A stretch of 41,921 bases of DNA from Clostridiales bacterium (GCA_019418525.1 DYBS01000002.1:1-41921); one strand, 5' to 3'. Shown: positions 10,881-20,707, counted from the stretch's first letter. Program-made: numbers and translations. Notes: generated by a model from the sequence alone, not told the origin.

Positions 10881-11279
10881 TTACCACACGAACGCAAGGA
10901 CCTCGCCGCCGACGTGAGCCGCACGAGCAGCCTTGTCGGTCATGACGCCCTTGGACGTAGAGACGATAGCGATACCCAGACCACGGATGACGCGGGGCAG
11001 CTCATCAGCGCCAGCGTACACGCGCAGGCCGGGCTTGGACACGCGGCGCAGACCGGAGATAACCTTCTCCTTACCGGCGCCGTACTTCAGGGTGATGCGG
11101 ATCACGCCCTGAGTGCCGTCGTCGATCAGCTGGAAGTTCTTGATATAGCCTTCATCCAGCAGGATCTGAGCGATGGACTTCTTCATGTTGGACGCGGGGA
11201 CGTCCACGGTGTCATGCTTTGCGTTGTTCGCGTTGCGGATGCGGGTCAGCATATCCGCAATGGGATCGGTAATATGCAT
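10881..11279 (-). CDS. rpsH: 30S ribosomal protein S8
   Basis: [31 protein letters not shown]. Confidence 0.98.
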   Translation of the reverse strand: MHITDPIADMLTRIRNANNAKHDTVDVPASNMKKSIAQILLDEGYIKNFQLIDDGTQGVIRITLKYGAGKEKVISGLRRVSKPGLRVYAGADELPRVIRGLGIAIVSTSKGVMTDKAARAAHVGGEVLAFVW

Positions 11280-11302
11280 GATTTTACCCTCCTTTTTGAT
11301 TT

Positions 11303-11378
11303 ACGGACCCGTGAGAAAGTCCGTTAAGGCGGCAAGGTATCGGAGGTCGCAGGTCTCCGACCTTTTAACCGTCTGCCA
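11303..11378 (-). promoter_or_regulatory. Candidate S8-binding mRNA leader (16S helix-21 mimic) upstream of rpsH
   Basis: AAGGUCGGAG-loop-CUCCGAUACCUU hairpin carrying the GUC/GAUAC motif; second hairpin ACGGAC/GUCCGU just before the SD. Confidence 0.6.
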
Positions 11379-11385
11379 AGGAACT

Positions 11386-11414
11386 ATTATATAGTGAAAA
11401 GCCCGGCTTGAAAA
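11386..11414 (-). promoter_or_regulatory. Candidate internal sigma-A promoter for rpsH and downstream genes
   Basis: TTTTCA-17 nt-TATAAT in the 404-nt rpsN-rpsH gap. Confidence 0.55.
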
Positions 11415-11683
11415 GGGAAATTTGGCTTCTTTCCGAACTTTTGGAGGATTGCCCTACCAAAGGTGCCGGAAATGGGCCTCCTTATTCATTTTTCACAGTC
11501 CGACTTGCACTATCGGGTGGGTTTATCTCCTAAACGGAGAATTTTGTTTTACGCACCTGCCGGTGCGGCGGCCGCCGCCAGACGGCCACGCCGTGAGGGA
11601 ACGGCGTTTTCCCCGTCACGCAACGCAAGCGCCCGACGTGACAAGCACGTCTGGCGCGGCGTTGCAAACGGGTTGTTTGGTTC

Positions 11684-11869
11684 TTACCAGGAGGCCTTCT
11701 TCACGCCGGGGATCTGACCCTTGTAGGCCAGCTCGCGGAAGCAGATACGGCAGATGCCGTAGTCCCGCAGGTAGGCGTGGGGACGGCCGCAGATCTTGCA
11801 GCGGTTGTAGCGGCGGGTGGAGAACTTGGGCTCCGCCTGCTGCTTCAGGATCATAGACTTCTTAGCCAT
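11684..11869 (-). CDS. rpsN: 30S ribosomal protein S14, Zn-binding type Z
   Basis: 61 aa, RCKICGRP...CRICFRELA. Confidence 0.97.
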   Translation of the reverse strand: MAKKSMILKQQAEPKFSTRRYNRCKICGRPHAYLRDYGICRICFRELAYKGQIPGVKKASW

Positions 11870-11883
11870 TAACGTTCTCCTCC

Positions 11884-12438
11884 TTAGCGGGCGAAGGGAG
11901 CGCCGATCTGGGTCAGCAGCTCCTTGGCCTCTTCATCAGTCTGAGCGGTGGTGCAGAACACGATATCCAGGCCGCGGATCTTGTCGATCTTGTCGTACTC
12001 GATCTCGGGGAAGATCAGCTGCTCCTTCACGCCCAGAGCGTAGTTGCCGCGGCCGTCAAAGGCGTTGGGGTTAATGCCGCGGAAGTCGCGCACGCGGGGC
12101 AGGGCCACGTTGAAGAGGCGGTCCACGAACTCCCACATACGGTCGCCGCGCAGGGTGACCTTGGCGCCGATGGGCATGCCCTCACGCAGCTTGAAGTTAG
12201 CCACGGACTTCTTGGCCTTGGTGATGATGGCCTTCTGGCCGGTGATCTTGGTCAGATCGCCCACGACGGCCTCCAGGACCTTGGAGTTGTCCCGGGCCTC
12301 GCCGCAGCCGCAGTTGACCACGATCTTGTCCAGCTTGGGGATCTGCATGGTGGACTTGTAGCCGAACTTCTGCATCAGAGCAGGAGCGACCTCGTCCTGG
12401 TACTTCTTCTTCAGGTTGGGAACCTTCTTATCAGCCAT
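11884..12438 (-). CDS. rplE: 50S ribosomal protein L5
   Basis: [33 protein letters not shown]. Confidence 0.98.
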   Translation of the reverse strand: MADKKVPNLKKKYQDEVAPALMQKFGYKSTMQIPKLDKIVVNCGCGEARDNSKVLEAVVGDLTKITGQKAIITKAKKSVANFKLREGMPIGAKVTLRGDRMWEFVDRLFNVALPRVRDFRGINPNAFDGRGNYALGVKEQLIFPEIEYDKIDKIRGLDIVFCTTAQTDEEAKELLTQIGAPFAR

Positions 12439-12458
12439 TGCGATTCACTCCTCCTCTC

Positions 12459-12773
12459 TTAGATCTCAGCGCCGCACTTCTTGCAGATGCGGACCTTCTT
12501 GTCGCCCTCGACCTTGTGGCCGATGCGGGTGGGCTTATTGCACTTGGGGCAGACCTTCTGCACCTTGCAGGCGTAGATGGGGGCTTCCTTCTTGATGATG
12601 CCGCCCTGGTCGCCCTGCTTGCGGGGCTTGGTGTGGCGGGAGACGATATTCACGCCCTCCACGACCACCTTGCTCTCCTTGGGGAGAACGTTCAGGACCT
12701 TGCCCTGCTTGCCCTTGTCCTTACCGGACAGGACGATGACGGTGTCGTCCTTGCGAATGCTCAGTTTATTCAT
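12459..12773 (-). CDS. rplX: 50S ribosomal protein L24
   Basis: [21 protein letters not shown]. Confidence 0.97.
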   Translation of the reverse strand: MNKLSIRKDDTVIVLSGKDKGKQGKVLNVLPKESKVVVEGVNIVSRHTKPRKQGDQGGIIKKEAPIYACKVQKVCPKCNKPTRIGHKVEGDKKVRICKKCGAEI

Positions 12774-12788
12774 GTCTCGTTACCCCCC

Positions 12789-13157
12789 TTACAGCACTTC
12801 GGGAGCCAGGGACAGGATCTTCATATAGTCCTTGTCGCGCAGCTCGCGGGCCACGGGCCCAAAGATACGGGTACCGCGGGGATTCTTGTCCTCCTTGATC
12901 AGGACGGCGGCATTGTCGTCGAAACGGACATAGCTGCCGTCGCTGCGGCGCACGCCGCGGACGGAGCGGACGATGACAGCCTTCACGACCTCGCCCTTCT
13001 TCACGGTGCCGCCGGGCTGAGCCTTGCGGACGGAAGCCACGACCACGTCGCCGATGTTGCCGAACTTACGCTTGGAGCCGCCCAGCACGCGGATGGTCTT
13101 GATCTCCTTGGCGCCGGTGTTGTCGGCCACCTTCAAATAAGTTTCCTGCTGAATCAT
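12789..13157 (-). CDS. rplN: 50S ribosomal protein L14
   Basis: [20 protein letters not shown]. Confidence 0.98.
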   Translation of the reverse strand: MIQQETYLKVADNTGAKEIKTIRVLGGSKRKFGNIGDVVVASVRKAQPGGTVKKGEVVKAVIVRSVRGVRRSDGSYVRFDDNAAVLIKEDKNPRGTRIFGPVARELRDKDYMKILSLAPEVL

Positions 13158-13169
13158 GACCGCACCTCC

Positions 13170-13430
13170 TTACTTCGCCTTCTCGATGATCTCGACCACG
13201 CGCCAACGCTTGTCCTTGGACAGGGGGCGGGTCTCCATGACCTTGACGCGGTCGCCCACGCCACAGGCATTCTGCTCGTCATGGGCCTTCAGCTTGTAGG
13301 TCCGCTTGACGATCTTCTTATACAGAGGGTGGGCCACACGGTCGGCGATGGCGACCACCACGGTCTTGTCCATCTTGTCAGAGACCACCAGGCCGACTCT
13401 GGTCTTACGGGAAGAAGTTCTGTTCTCCAT
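13170..13430 (-). CDS. rpsQ: 30S ribosomal protein S17
   Basis: [23 protein letters not shown]. Confidence 0.98.
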   Translation of the reverse strand: MENRTSSRKTRVGLVVSDKMDKTVVVAIADRVAHPLYKKIVKRTYKLKAHDEQNACGVGDRVKVMETRPLSKDKRWRVVEIIEKAK

Positions 13431-13450
13431 GATAATTCCTCCTTCTTACA

Positions 13451-13651
13451 TTATCGGCCAGCGAGCTGCTGCTCGCGCAGGATGGTCTTGACTCGGGCAA
13501 TGTCTTTCTTGACCTCCGCGATCTTCACGGGGTTCTCCAGCTGATTGGTGGCATGCTGAAGACGGAGCTGGAACAGGTCCTTCTTCAGGTCGCCCAGCTT
13601 GCTCTCCAGCTCAGCGGCGCTCATCTTGCGGACTTCGTTTGCCTTCATCAT
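13451..13651 (-). CDS. rpmC: 50S ribosomal protein L29
   Basis: [16 protein letters not shown]...KKDIARVKT. Confidence 0.96.
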   Translation of the reverse strand: MMKANEVRKMSAAELESKLGDLKKDLFQLRLQHATNQLENPVKIAEVKKDIARVKTILREQQLAGR

Positions 13652-14085
13652 TCTTCACCACCAATCTCGGTCTCGGCGGTCTGCTTCTTCACGATCTTGC
13701 ACTTGACGGGCAGCTTGTGAGAGGCCAGACGCAGGGCCTCGCGGGCGACCTCCTCGGAGACGCCGGCGATCTCGAACATCACACGGCCGGGCTTGACCAC
13801 GGCCACCCAGTACTCGGGAGAACCCTTACCGGAACCCATGCGGGTCTCAGCGGGCTTCTCGGTGATGGGCTTGTCGGGGAAGATCTTGATCCAGACCTTA
13901 CCGCCACGCTTGGTGTAACGGGTCATGGCGATACGGGCGGCCTCGATCTGGTTGCTGGTGATCCAGCAGGGCTCGGTGGCCTGCAGGCCGAAATCACCGT
14001 AGGTCACGGTGTTACCGCGCATAGCCTTGCCCTTCAGGCGGCCGCGGTGCACGCGGCGGTATTTCACTCTCTTAGGCAGCAGCAT
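13648..14085 (-). CDS. rplP: 50S ribosomal protein L16
   Basis: [27 protein letters not shown]. Confidence 0.98.
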   Translation of the reverse strand: MLLPKRVKYRRVHRGRLKGKAMRGNTVTYGDFGLQATEPCWITSNQIEAARIAMTRYTKRGGKVWIKIFPDKPITEKPAETRMGSGKGSPEYWVAVVKPGRVMFEIAGVSEEVAREALRLASHKLPVKCKIVKKQTAETEIGGEE

Positions 14086-14948
14086 TAGTTGGAGCCTCCT
14101 TCCTTGGGAGCAGCGGGACGGGCGCCGCCGTGGGGACGGGCACCGCCCTGGGGACGGTTGTTGTTGAAGCCACCCTGGGGACGGCCGCCGTTGCGGTTAA
14201 AGCCGCCGTTGCGGTTGAAGCCGCCCTTGCGGTCGCCGTCACGCCGGTCGCGGCGGGGGCGGTCGGAGCGCTCCTTGAAGTTCTTGGTGTCCAGGGTACG
14301 GGGGGTGGTGCGCAGGGTCTGGGTCAGCACCTCGCCCTTGTAGATCCACACCTTCACGCCGATGCGGCCGTAGGTGGTGGCAGCCTCCGCGAAGCCGTAG
14401 TCGATGTCGGCGCGCAGGGTCTGCAGGGGAATGGTACCGTCGTGATAGTGCTCGGTGCGGGCGATCTCAGCGCCGCCCAGACGGCCGGACACCTGAGTCT
14501 TGATGCCGCGGGCGCCCATGCGCATGGCGCGGCCCATGGCGTTCTTCATGGCGCGGCGGAAGCCGATGCGCTTCTCCAGCTGCTGGGCGATGTTCTCGGC
14601 CACCAGCTGAGCGTTCATGTCGGGGCTCTTGACCTCGACGATGTTCAGAGCCACGCTCTTGCCGATCATCTTCTCCAGGGTCAGGCGCAGGCGCTCGATG
14701 TCCTCGCCGCCCTTACCGATGACCATGCCGGGGCGGGCGCAGTGCAGGTAGATGCGGACCTTGGCGTTGTCGCGCTCGATCTCGATCTTGGGCACGCCGG
14801 CGCCGTAGAGCTTCTTCTTCAGGAAATCGCGGATCTTCTTGTCCTCGACCAGCAGATCGCCGACCTTCTCGTTACGAGCATACCAGCGGGAGTCCCAATC
14901 CTTAATGACACCCACGCGCAGGCCGTGGGGATTGACTTTCTGTCCCAT
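14085..14948 (-). CDS. rpsC: 30S ribosomal protein S3 with low-complexity C-terminal tail
   Basis: [35 protein letters not shown]; tail with GGFNRN repeats. Confidence 0.98.
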   Translation of the reverse strand: MGQKVNPHGLRVGVIKDWDSRWYARNEKVGDLLVEDKKIRDFLKKKLYGAGVPKIEIERDNAKVRIYLHCARPGMVIGKGGEDIERLRLTLEKMIGKSVALNIVEVKSPDMNAQLVAENIAQQLEKRIGFRRAMKNAMGRAMRMGARGIKTQVSGRLGGAEIARTEHYHDGTIPLQTLRADIDYGFAEAATTYGRIGVKVWIYKGEVLTQTLRTTPRTLDTKNFKERSDRPRRDRRDGDRKGGFNRNGGFNRNGGRPQGGFNNNRPQGGARPHGGARPAAPKEGGSN

Positions 14949-14963
14949 GTTTTTCCTCCTCCC

Positions 14964-15296
14964 TTAGCGCTCGCTCACGCCGATGGTGATGTGAGAAGTA
15001 CGCTTGTTGATCCGGTACGCACGGCCCTGAGCCCGGGGCATGATGCGCTTGATGATGGGGCCGGGGGCGGCGTAGGTGGTGGACACGTAGAGCTTCTCAG
15101 GGTCCATCTGGTGATTGTTCTCAGCGTTGGCCGCGGCGCTCTTGAGCACCTTGAGCATCAGCTCGGAGGCGGCCTTGGGGGTGGCCATCAGGATGGCGGT
15201 GGCCTCAGCCACACTCTTGCCGCGGATCAGATCGCAGACGATCTGGACCTTGCGGGGAGAGATGCGGGCATACTTCAGAACAGCTTTCGCTTCCAT
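14964..15296 (-). CDS. rplV: 50S ribosomal protein L22
   Basis: [24 protein letters not shown]. Confidence 0.98.
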   Translation of the reverse strand: MEAKAVLKYARISPRKVQIVCDLIRGKSVAEATAILMATPKAASELMLKVLKSAAANAENNHQMDPEKLYVSTTYAAPGPIIKRIMPRAQGRAYRINKRTSHITIGVSER

Positions 15297-15308
15297 ATTC
15301 TCTCCTCC

Positions 15309-15581
15309 TTACTTACCGGACTTGGCGCCAGCGTGGCCGCGGAAGGTACGGGTGGGGGCGAACTCGCCCAGCTTGTGCCCGACCATATCCTCGGTGACGT
15401 ACACGGGCACGTGCTTGCGGCCGTCGTGCACAGCGAAGGTGTGGCCAACGAAGGCGGGGAAGATCGTGGAGGAGCGGCTCCAGGTCTTGAGGACCTTCTT
15501 CTCGCCGGTCTGGTTCATTTCGTCCACCCGCTTCAGCAGCTCGGGGGCGCAAAACGGGCCTTTCTTGATGCTTCTGGACAT
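15309..15581 (-). CDS. rpsS: 30S ribosomal protein S19
   Basis: [20 protein letters not shown]. Confidence 0.98.
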   Translation of the reverse strand: MSRSIKKGPFCAPELLKRVDEMNQTGEKKVLKTWSRSSTIFPAFVGHTFAVHDGRKHVPVYVTEDMVGHKLGEFAPTRTFRGHAGAKSGK

Positions 15582-15595
15582 GTTTTACAACCTCC

Positions 15596-16429
15596 TTACT
15601 TTGCGTTACGGTGCTTGACGATGAACTTCTCAGTGCGGTTCTTGCCCTTGCGGGTCTTGTAACCCATAGCGGGCTTGCCCCAAGGAGTGACAGGGCCGGG
15701 ACGACCGACAGGGCTCTTGCCCTCGCCGCCGCCGTGGGGGTGGTCATTGGGGTTCATGACGGAGCCGCGGACGGTGGGACGCCAGCCCATGTGACGCTTG
15801 CGGCCGGCCTTACCGATCTGGATGTTCTCGTGCTCGATGTTGCCGATCTGGCCGATGGTGGCCAGGCACTCGGGCCGGATATAACGCACCTCGCCGGAGG
15901 GGAGGCGGACCTGAGCCATGCCGTTCTCCTTGGCCATCAGCTGAGCAAACTCACCGGCGGCGCGGACCAGCTGGCCGCCCTTGCCGGGGTACAGCTCGAT
16001 GTTGTGGATCAGGGTGCCCAGGGGGATGTTGGCGATGGGCAGGCAGTTGCCGGGCAGGATGTCGGCGTCGGGGCCGGTCATGATGATGTGGCCGGCCTTC
16101 ATGCCCACGGTAGCCAGGATATAGCGCTTCTCGCCGTCCTCGTACTGGATCAGGGCGATGTTGGCGGAGCGGTTGGGATCGTACTCCACGCGGACCACAG
16201 TGGCGGAGCCCTGCTTGTCGCGCTTGAAGTCGATGATGCGGTACTTCTTCTTGTTGCCGCCGCCGCGGTGGCGGACGGTGATGCGGCCGTAGCTGTTGCG
16301 GCCGGCGTTCTTCTTCAGAACCTCAGTCAGGCTGCGCTCGGGCTTGGCCTTCTTGTCGATCCCCTCGAAGGCGGACACGGTCATGTGGCGGCGGGAGGGG
16401 GTAGTGGGCTTATAAGTCTTGATCGCCAT
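15596..16429 (-). CDS. rplB: 50S ribosomal protein L2
   Basis: [30 protein letters not shown]. Confidence 0.98.
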   Translation of the reverse strand: MAIKTYKPTTPSRRHMTVSAFEGIDKKAKPERSLTEVLKKNAGRNSYGRITVRHRGGGNKKKYRIIDFKRDKQGSATVVRVEYDPNRSANIALIQYEDGEKRYILATVGMKAGHIIMTGPDADILPGNCLPIANIPLGTLIHNIELYPGKGGQLVRAAGEFAQLMAKENGMAQVRLPSGEVRYIRPECLATIGQIGNIEHENIQIGKAGRKRHMGWRPTVRGSVMNPNDHPHGGGEGKSPVGRPGPVTPWGKPAMGYKTRKGKNRTEKFIVKHRNAK

Positions 16430-16443
16430 TTCTCTTTACCTCC

Positions 16444-16743
16444 TTACACCATGCCCTCGAAGAACTCGATGGTCTTGGAGTCCTCGGTGAGGGTGACGAT
16501 GGCCTTCTTGTAGGAAGGACGGCGGCCAGCGGGGTAACGGCCGGTGCGCTTCTCCTTGCCGTCCATGTTGATGGTGTTGACCTTGGCGACCTTCACGCCG
16601 AAGATCTCCTCCACGGCCTTGCCGATCTCGATCTTGTTGGCATCCTTGGCCACCAGGAAGGTGTACTTCCGGTCCTGGGTCAGGGCCATGGACTTCTCCG
16701 TGATCACGGGGCGCTTGATGATATCATAAGCGACGGTAGCCAT
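16444..16743 (-). CDS. rplW: 50S ribosomal protein L23
   Basis: [18 protein letters not shown]. Confidence 0.97.
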   Translation of the reverse strand: MATVAYDIIKRPVITEKSMALTQDRKYTFLVAKDANKIEIGKAVEEIFGVKVAKVNTINMDGKEKRTGRYPAGRRPSYKKAIVTLTEDSKTIEFFEGMV

Positions 16744-17363
16744 TACGCGAACACCTCCTCGATGACGGCCAGGGCGGCCTTGTCGACGATAAACTTGTTG
16801 GCGTTCACAATGTCGTAAACGCTGAGGATCTTAGCAGTGGTGGTGACCACGCCGGGGATGTTCCGGGCGGACAGGACCACGTTCTGGTTGACCTCGCTGG
16901 TCACCACGACGGCCTTGCCGGCCTCGACGGCGTTCAGGAAGGACTGCATGGTCTTGGTCTTGATCTCGTCCAGGTTCAGGCCATCGACCACGATGACGTT
17001 ACCCTCGGCCGCCTTGGCGGACAGGACGGACTTCAGAGCCAGACGCTTCACCTTCTTGTTGAGGGTGTAGCTGTAATCGCGGGGCTTGGGGGCGAACACG
17101 ATGCCGCCGTGGGTCCACTGGGGAGCGCGGGTGGAACCCTGACGGGCGCGGCCGGTGCCCTTCTGACGCCAGGGCTTGATGCCGCCGCCGGAAACCTCGG
17201 CGCGGGTCAGGGTGCTCTGGGTACCCTGACGGCAGTTGGCCAGGTGGTTCTTGACCACGTCATGCACCACGACCTGGTTGGGCTCAATCCCGAAGATGGC
17301 GTCGGAGAGCTCCACTTCACCGACTTTAGCGCCGGTCATGTTAACAACAGTTGCCTTAGGCAT
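16743..17363 (-). CDS. rplD: 50S ribosomal protein L4
   Basis: [25 protein letters not shown]. Confidence 0.98.
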   Translation of the reverse strand: MPKATVVNMTGAKVGEVELSDAIFGIEPNQVVVHDVVKNHLANCRQGTQSTLTRAEVSGGGIKPWRQKGTGRARQGSTRAPQWTHGGIVFAPKPRDYSYTLNKKVKRLALKSVLSAKAAEGNVIVVDGLNLDEIKTKTMQSFLNAVEAGKAVVVTSEVNQNVVLSARNIPGVVTTTAKILSVYDIVNANKFIVDKAALAVIEEVFA

Positions 17364-17383
17364 TTTGGTATCTCTCCCTTCTT

Positions 17384-18109
17384 TTAGCGGTTACGCGCAG
17401 AGGCCTTCTGGGGATTGACGCGGGCGGACGCCTTCTGCGGGTTGTTGCTGATGCCGGCAGCAGCGCCCTTGGCCTTGACGTTGATGACGGAATTGCGCAG
17501 GTACACCACGCCGCCCTTGGGGCCGGGGATGGCGCCGCGCACGGCGATGATGCCCAGCTCGGGGTCCACCTTCACCACGTCCAGGTTCAGCACGGTGACC
17601 TGGTCGCAGCCCATGTGGCCGGCGCCGATCTTGCCCTTGAAGATCCGGGAAGGATCGGTAGCGGGGCCCATGGAACCGGCGTGACGGTGCACAGGACCGC
17701 CGCCGTGGCTCATGGGAGTACGGCCGGCGCCGTAGCGCTTAACCACGCCGGCGTAGCCCTTACCCTTGCTGACGCCGGTGACATCCACGCGGTCGCCCTC
17801 GGCGAACACGTCGACCTTCACCTCGTCGCCCACATTCATCTCAGCCGCGTTGGAGAGCTTGAACTCCTTCAGGACCTTCTTGGGAGAGACCTCAGCCTTC
17901 TTCAGATGGCCCAGCTCAGGCTTGGTGAGCTTCTTCTCGGCCACGTCCTCGTAGCCCAGCTGAACGGCAGTGTAGCCGTCCTTCTCCTCGGTCTTCTTCT
18001 GCACTACGGTGCAGGGGCCCGCCTCGATGACGGTGACCGGGATGACCTTACCTTCGGCGTCAAAGATCTGAGTCATGCCGACCTTCTTGCCGATGATGGC
18101 CTTTTCCAT
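17384..18109 (-). CDS. rplC: 50S ribosomal protein L3 with C-terminal extension
   Basis: [21 protein letters not shown]; tail contains NPQKASAR twice. Confidence 0.98.
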   Translation of the reverse strand: MEKAIIGKKVGMTQIFDAEGKVIPVTVIEAGPCTVVQKKTEEKDGYTAVQLGYEDVAEKKLTKPELGHLKKAEVSPKKVLKEFKLSNAAEMNVGDEVKVDVFAEGDRVDVTGVSKGKGYAGVVKRYGAGRTPMSHGGGPVHRHAGSMGPATDPSRIFKGKIGAGHMGCDQVTVLNLDVVKVDPELGIIAVRGAIPGPKGGVVYLRNSVINVKAKGAAAGISNNPQKASARVNPQKASARNR

Positions 18110-18244
18110 GTTTTTTCCTCCTTATATAGGTTATTGGTTGGGCGAGTTGAGCATCGGGCTCTCATTGCTCGGCCAACTTGACCCGTCCGCCTCAAAACGC
18201 GGCGGACTGCGGTACAAACTAAGGAAATGGGGTTGCGCTTGCTC

Positions 18245-18559
18245 TTACAGCTTGATCTCGATCTCGACGCCGGCGGGGAGCTCCAGGCTCATCAGGGCCT
18301 CCACGGTCTTGGCGGAGGGCTTCTGGATGTCGATCAGGCGCTTGTGAGTGCGGCGCTCGAACTGCTCACGGCTGTCCTTGTACTTATGCACAGCGCGAAG
18401 GATGGTGACGACCTCCTTCTTGGTGGGCAGGGGGATGGGGCCGGACACGGTGGCGCCGGTGCGCTTGGCGGTCTCCACGATCTTCTCAGCGCTCTGGTCG
18501 ATGAGCTGATGATCGTAAGCCTTCAGGCGGATGCGGATCATTTCTTTCTGAGCTGCCAT
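18245..18559 (-). CDS. rpsJ: 30S ribosomal protein S10
   Basis: [28 protein letters not shown]. Start at ATG 18559 (AAGGAGG SD). Confidence 0.98.
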   Translation of the reverse strand: MAAQKEMIRIRLKAYDHQLIDQSAEKIVETAKRTGATVSGPIPLPTKKEVVTILRAVHKYKDSREQFERRTHKRLIDIQKPSAKTVEALMSLELPAGVEIEIKL

Positions 18560-18826
18560 TGGTGTTTCCTCCTTAAACATACGAAGTGACGTTCTGTATT
18601 CCGTGCACGCTTCGTACGGTGAGAATCTTCTGTACACGTTTCCGTGCGTATCGCCGTTTGGCACGAAGAAAACCGGCGCAAAAGCAGCCGGTTTCGTCCC
18701 TGCACAGCATACGCTGTGTACGGAACCTTCTCAGCCGCCCGATTTGCTCGGACATACTCCGCGGAAGTTACCGGCAAACGCCGCAATCTCCCGCATCATC
18801 GCAGAATGCACCCTTTGACAGGCGCT
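18560..18826 (-). ncRNA. S10 operon 5' leader (resembles the clostridial S10 r-leader)
   Basis: GCGAUGAUGCGGGAG...CUUCCGCGGAGUAUGUCCGA..UCGGGCG at 18736-18803 resembles, from recall, Firmicutes rpsJ leaders; further hairpins downstream. Confidence 0.65.
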
Positions 18827-18831
18827 TGATT

Positions 18832-18860
18832 ATGATACCTGAAAACCTGACGTCTGTCAA
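18832..18860 (-). promoter_or_regulatory. Sigma-A promoter of the S10 operon
   Basis: TTGACA-17 nt-TATCAT; the -35 overlaps the stop codon of the upstream gene. Confidence 0.8.
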
Positions 18861-20284
18861 GAGCTTTCCCGCCGGTTTTTCAAATTTTTTTGCCTGCCCG
18901 GGGCCAGTGCCGCCGTCGCCAGCAGCATCAGCACCGGCAGCAGGGAATAATGATAGCGTCCAGCCACCTCCACCAGCATCTGCGCGGCGGTGAGGCCCAG
19001 GACATAGAGCGGAAATATCAGCGCTCCGCCCTTCTCCCCGCTCCGCCACAGCGCCACGCCGCCCACGGCGGCCAGGAAGAGCAGCAGGTAGTAAAACCCG
19101 TCACAGGCCAGGCTCAGCTCCTCTGTATGGCGCACCACCGAGCTGCAATAGCCCACGCAGGCACTGTCCGAGCCCAGAAAGACTCGGATCTTCTCGCGGA
19201 ACAGGGTCAAAAAGTCCATGCCGCCGGCGATGCGCGCTTTGGCCGCCTCCAGCGCAGCCTGCTGGGCGTCCTGGGCGGTAGCCCCGGGCGCATCGCTGTA
19301 AAAATACAGCAGTTCGCTGTCCTCCTGGTTCCACTGTCCGCCGGACTCCGGGTTGAAGCCCACCAGCACGCTGTATCCCGGAGTGGAAGACGGCTCTTCC
19401 CCGATGCGGGCCGCGATATGGCTGTCCCACAGGGGACCGGCGGCCAGGTAGGCCGCCAGCAGTACTCCTAACAGCGCCGCCCACCGCCGCCGCTGGCCCT
19501 TCTCCCCCAGTCCGTCCGGGGTCAGGCAAAATCGCCACAGGAAGAGGGCAATGAGGGGCACTGCCCCGATGGGCCGCACGCCGTTGAGCCACCGCAGCAC
19601 CAGCCCCGCCCCCAGTCCCAACAGGGCACAGCGGGTCCAACGCCGGGGCAGCGGCCCGGTAATGAGCCATAAAAAGAGGAGGAGCAGGGCGGTATAGAGG
19701 GGCTCGGAGAGAATGAGACTATTGTACACCGTCTGAGAGGGGCAGGCAATCCACAGCAGATAGGCCGTCACGCCGCCCTCCATCCCCCAGAACCGCCGTC
19801 CCAGCAAAAAGAGAAAACCGCCGCTGACGGCGGTGAGGGCCACATTCAGCCCCTGGGCCAGCAGCGGCAGGGGCCCCAGGAGGGCAATAAACCAGCTGAG
19901 GAAGGAGGCGTAGCCGAATAGATGGGGAAAGAGCGCCATGTACCGACCGCAGGACAGGACTTCTTTTTCCGCCAGGGCCTGGGCATAGCTCCAGTAGGTG
20001 GCGTAATCCCCCTCCGGCGGCACCTGCGCCCAAAGCACCCAGGCACTCTTCATCGCCAGGCAGAGAACCGTGAGGACCAACCACGCCCGCGCGGTCCCCA
20101 GGGCGGAAATCCGGCGGGCCAGCCAGGGCAGGCCTTTCCAGACAACCGGGAGGGCCGCCAGAGCCAGCAGAAGCGCCCACCGCCGCTGGGATATATAGCT
20201 GCTCCCCAACAGAAGGGCCGCCAGCAAAAGAGCCAGAAACAGCCCCCACATCGCACCTCTTAAAATGCTGCGCACACTCTGCAT
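18857..20284 (-). CDS. Polytopic membrane glycosyltransferase-like protein (GT-C/PMT-ArnT type)
   Basis: Many hydrophobic segments; PEGDYATY first loop, YNSLILSEPLY, LVEVAGRYHY. Start MQSVR with GGAGG SD. Confidence 0.7.
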   Translation of the reverse strand: MQSVRSILRGAMWGLFLALLLAALLLGSSYISQRRWALLLALAALPVVWKGLPWLARRISALGTARAWLVLTVLCLAMKSAWVLWAQVPPEGDYATYWSYAQALAEKEVLSCGRYMALFPHLFGYASFLSWFIALLGPLPLLAQGLNVALTAVSGGFLFLLGRRFWGMEGGVTAYLLWIACPSQTVYNSLILSEPLYTALLLLFLWLITGPLPRRWTRCALLGLGAGLVLRWLNGVRPIGAVPLIALFLWRFCLTPDGLGEKGQRRRWAALLGVLLAAYLAAGPLWDSHIAARIGEEPSSTPGYSVLVGFNPESGGQWNQEDSELLYFYSDAPGATAQDAQQAALEAAKARIAGGMDFLTLFREKIRVFLGSDSACVGYCSSVVRHTEELSLACDGFYYLLLFLAAVGGVALWRSGEKGGALIFPLYVLGLTAAQMLVEVAGRYHYSLLPVLMLLATAALAPGRQKNLKNRRESS

Positions 20285-20326
20285 CCCGGCACCTCCTCCC
20301 ACCTTTATCCACTCACTTTTCTCTTT

Positions 20327-20392
20327 TGTCCTATGATAGGACATTTTTTGTTGAAATTGAGTATACCTTTGATTTTGTTCTGTGTCAAGACA
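20327..20392. promoter_or_regulatory. Promoter of the glycosyltransferase gene with two candidate operators
   Basis: Minus-strand TTGACA(20383-20388)-17 nt-TATACT(20360-20365); perfect palindrome TGTCCTA-TGA-TAGGACA (20327-20343); degenerate copy TGTTCTG-TGT-CAAGACA (20376-20392). Confidence 0.7.
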
Positions 20393-20412
20393 ACGAGAGG
20401 AGGTGCCGTCCT

Positions 20413-20658
20413 ATGGCCAGGATCATTGACGGGGCGGAGAAAAATCTGGTGGTGAACCAGGTGCGGCGGCGGCGCACGGAGCGTGGCATGAGTCAGCAGG
20501 CCCTGTCGGACAAGCTGGAGACCATGGCGATCTATGTCTGCCGGGGATCGATCTCCCGCATTGAGGACCGGCAGCGCACCGTGACCGACATCGAGCTCTA
20601 CGGTCTGTCCCAGGTGCTGGGTGTCCCCATCGGGGCACTGTTTGAACCCGAAACATAG
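20413..20658 (+). CDS. XRE/Cro-family helix-turn-helix regulator
   Basis: VRRRRTERGMSQQALSDKL...SISRIEDRQRTVTDIEL..LSQVLGV; AGGAGG SD. Confidence 0.9.
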   Translation: MARIIDGAEKNLVVNQVRRRRTERGMSQQALSDKLETMAIYVCRGSISRIEDRQRTVTDIELYGLSQVLGVPIGALFEPET

Positions 20659-20661
20659 CAA

Positions 20662-20696
20662 ACGGCCCCGCCGTCCGGTCTGGACGGCGGGGCCGT
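20662..20696. terminator. Hairpin/terminator between the convergent XRE and aroE genes
   Basis: 15-bp stem ACGGCCCCGCCGTCC/GGACGGCGGGGCCGT. Confidence 0.75.
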
Positions 20697-20707
20697 GTTC
20701 CGTTTCC

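Noticed and set aside
11454..11489. Micro-ORF MNKEAHFRHLW in the rpsN-rpsH gap
   Set aside because: No upstream SD (the AAGGAGG lies inside the ORF) and too short to support.
11422..11856. Plus-strand ORFs of 144 and 84 aa across the rpsN-rpsH gap
   Set aside because: They overlap rpsN antisense, lack protein-like features, and the region is better explained as structured RNA plus a promoter.
18560..18664. N-terminal extensions in the ORF track (rpsJ; also infA, rplO, rplF, XRE, kptA, SBP)
   Set aside because: Downstream starts have proper SD sequences and match family N-termini.
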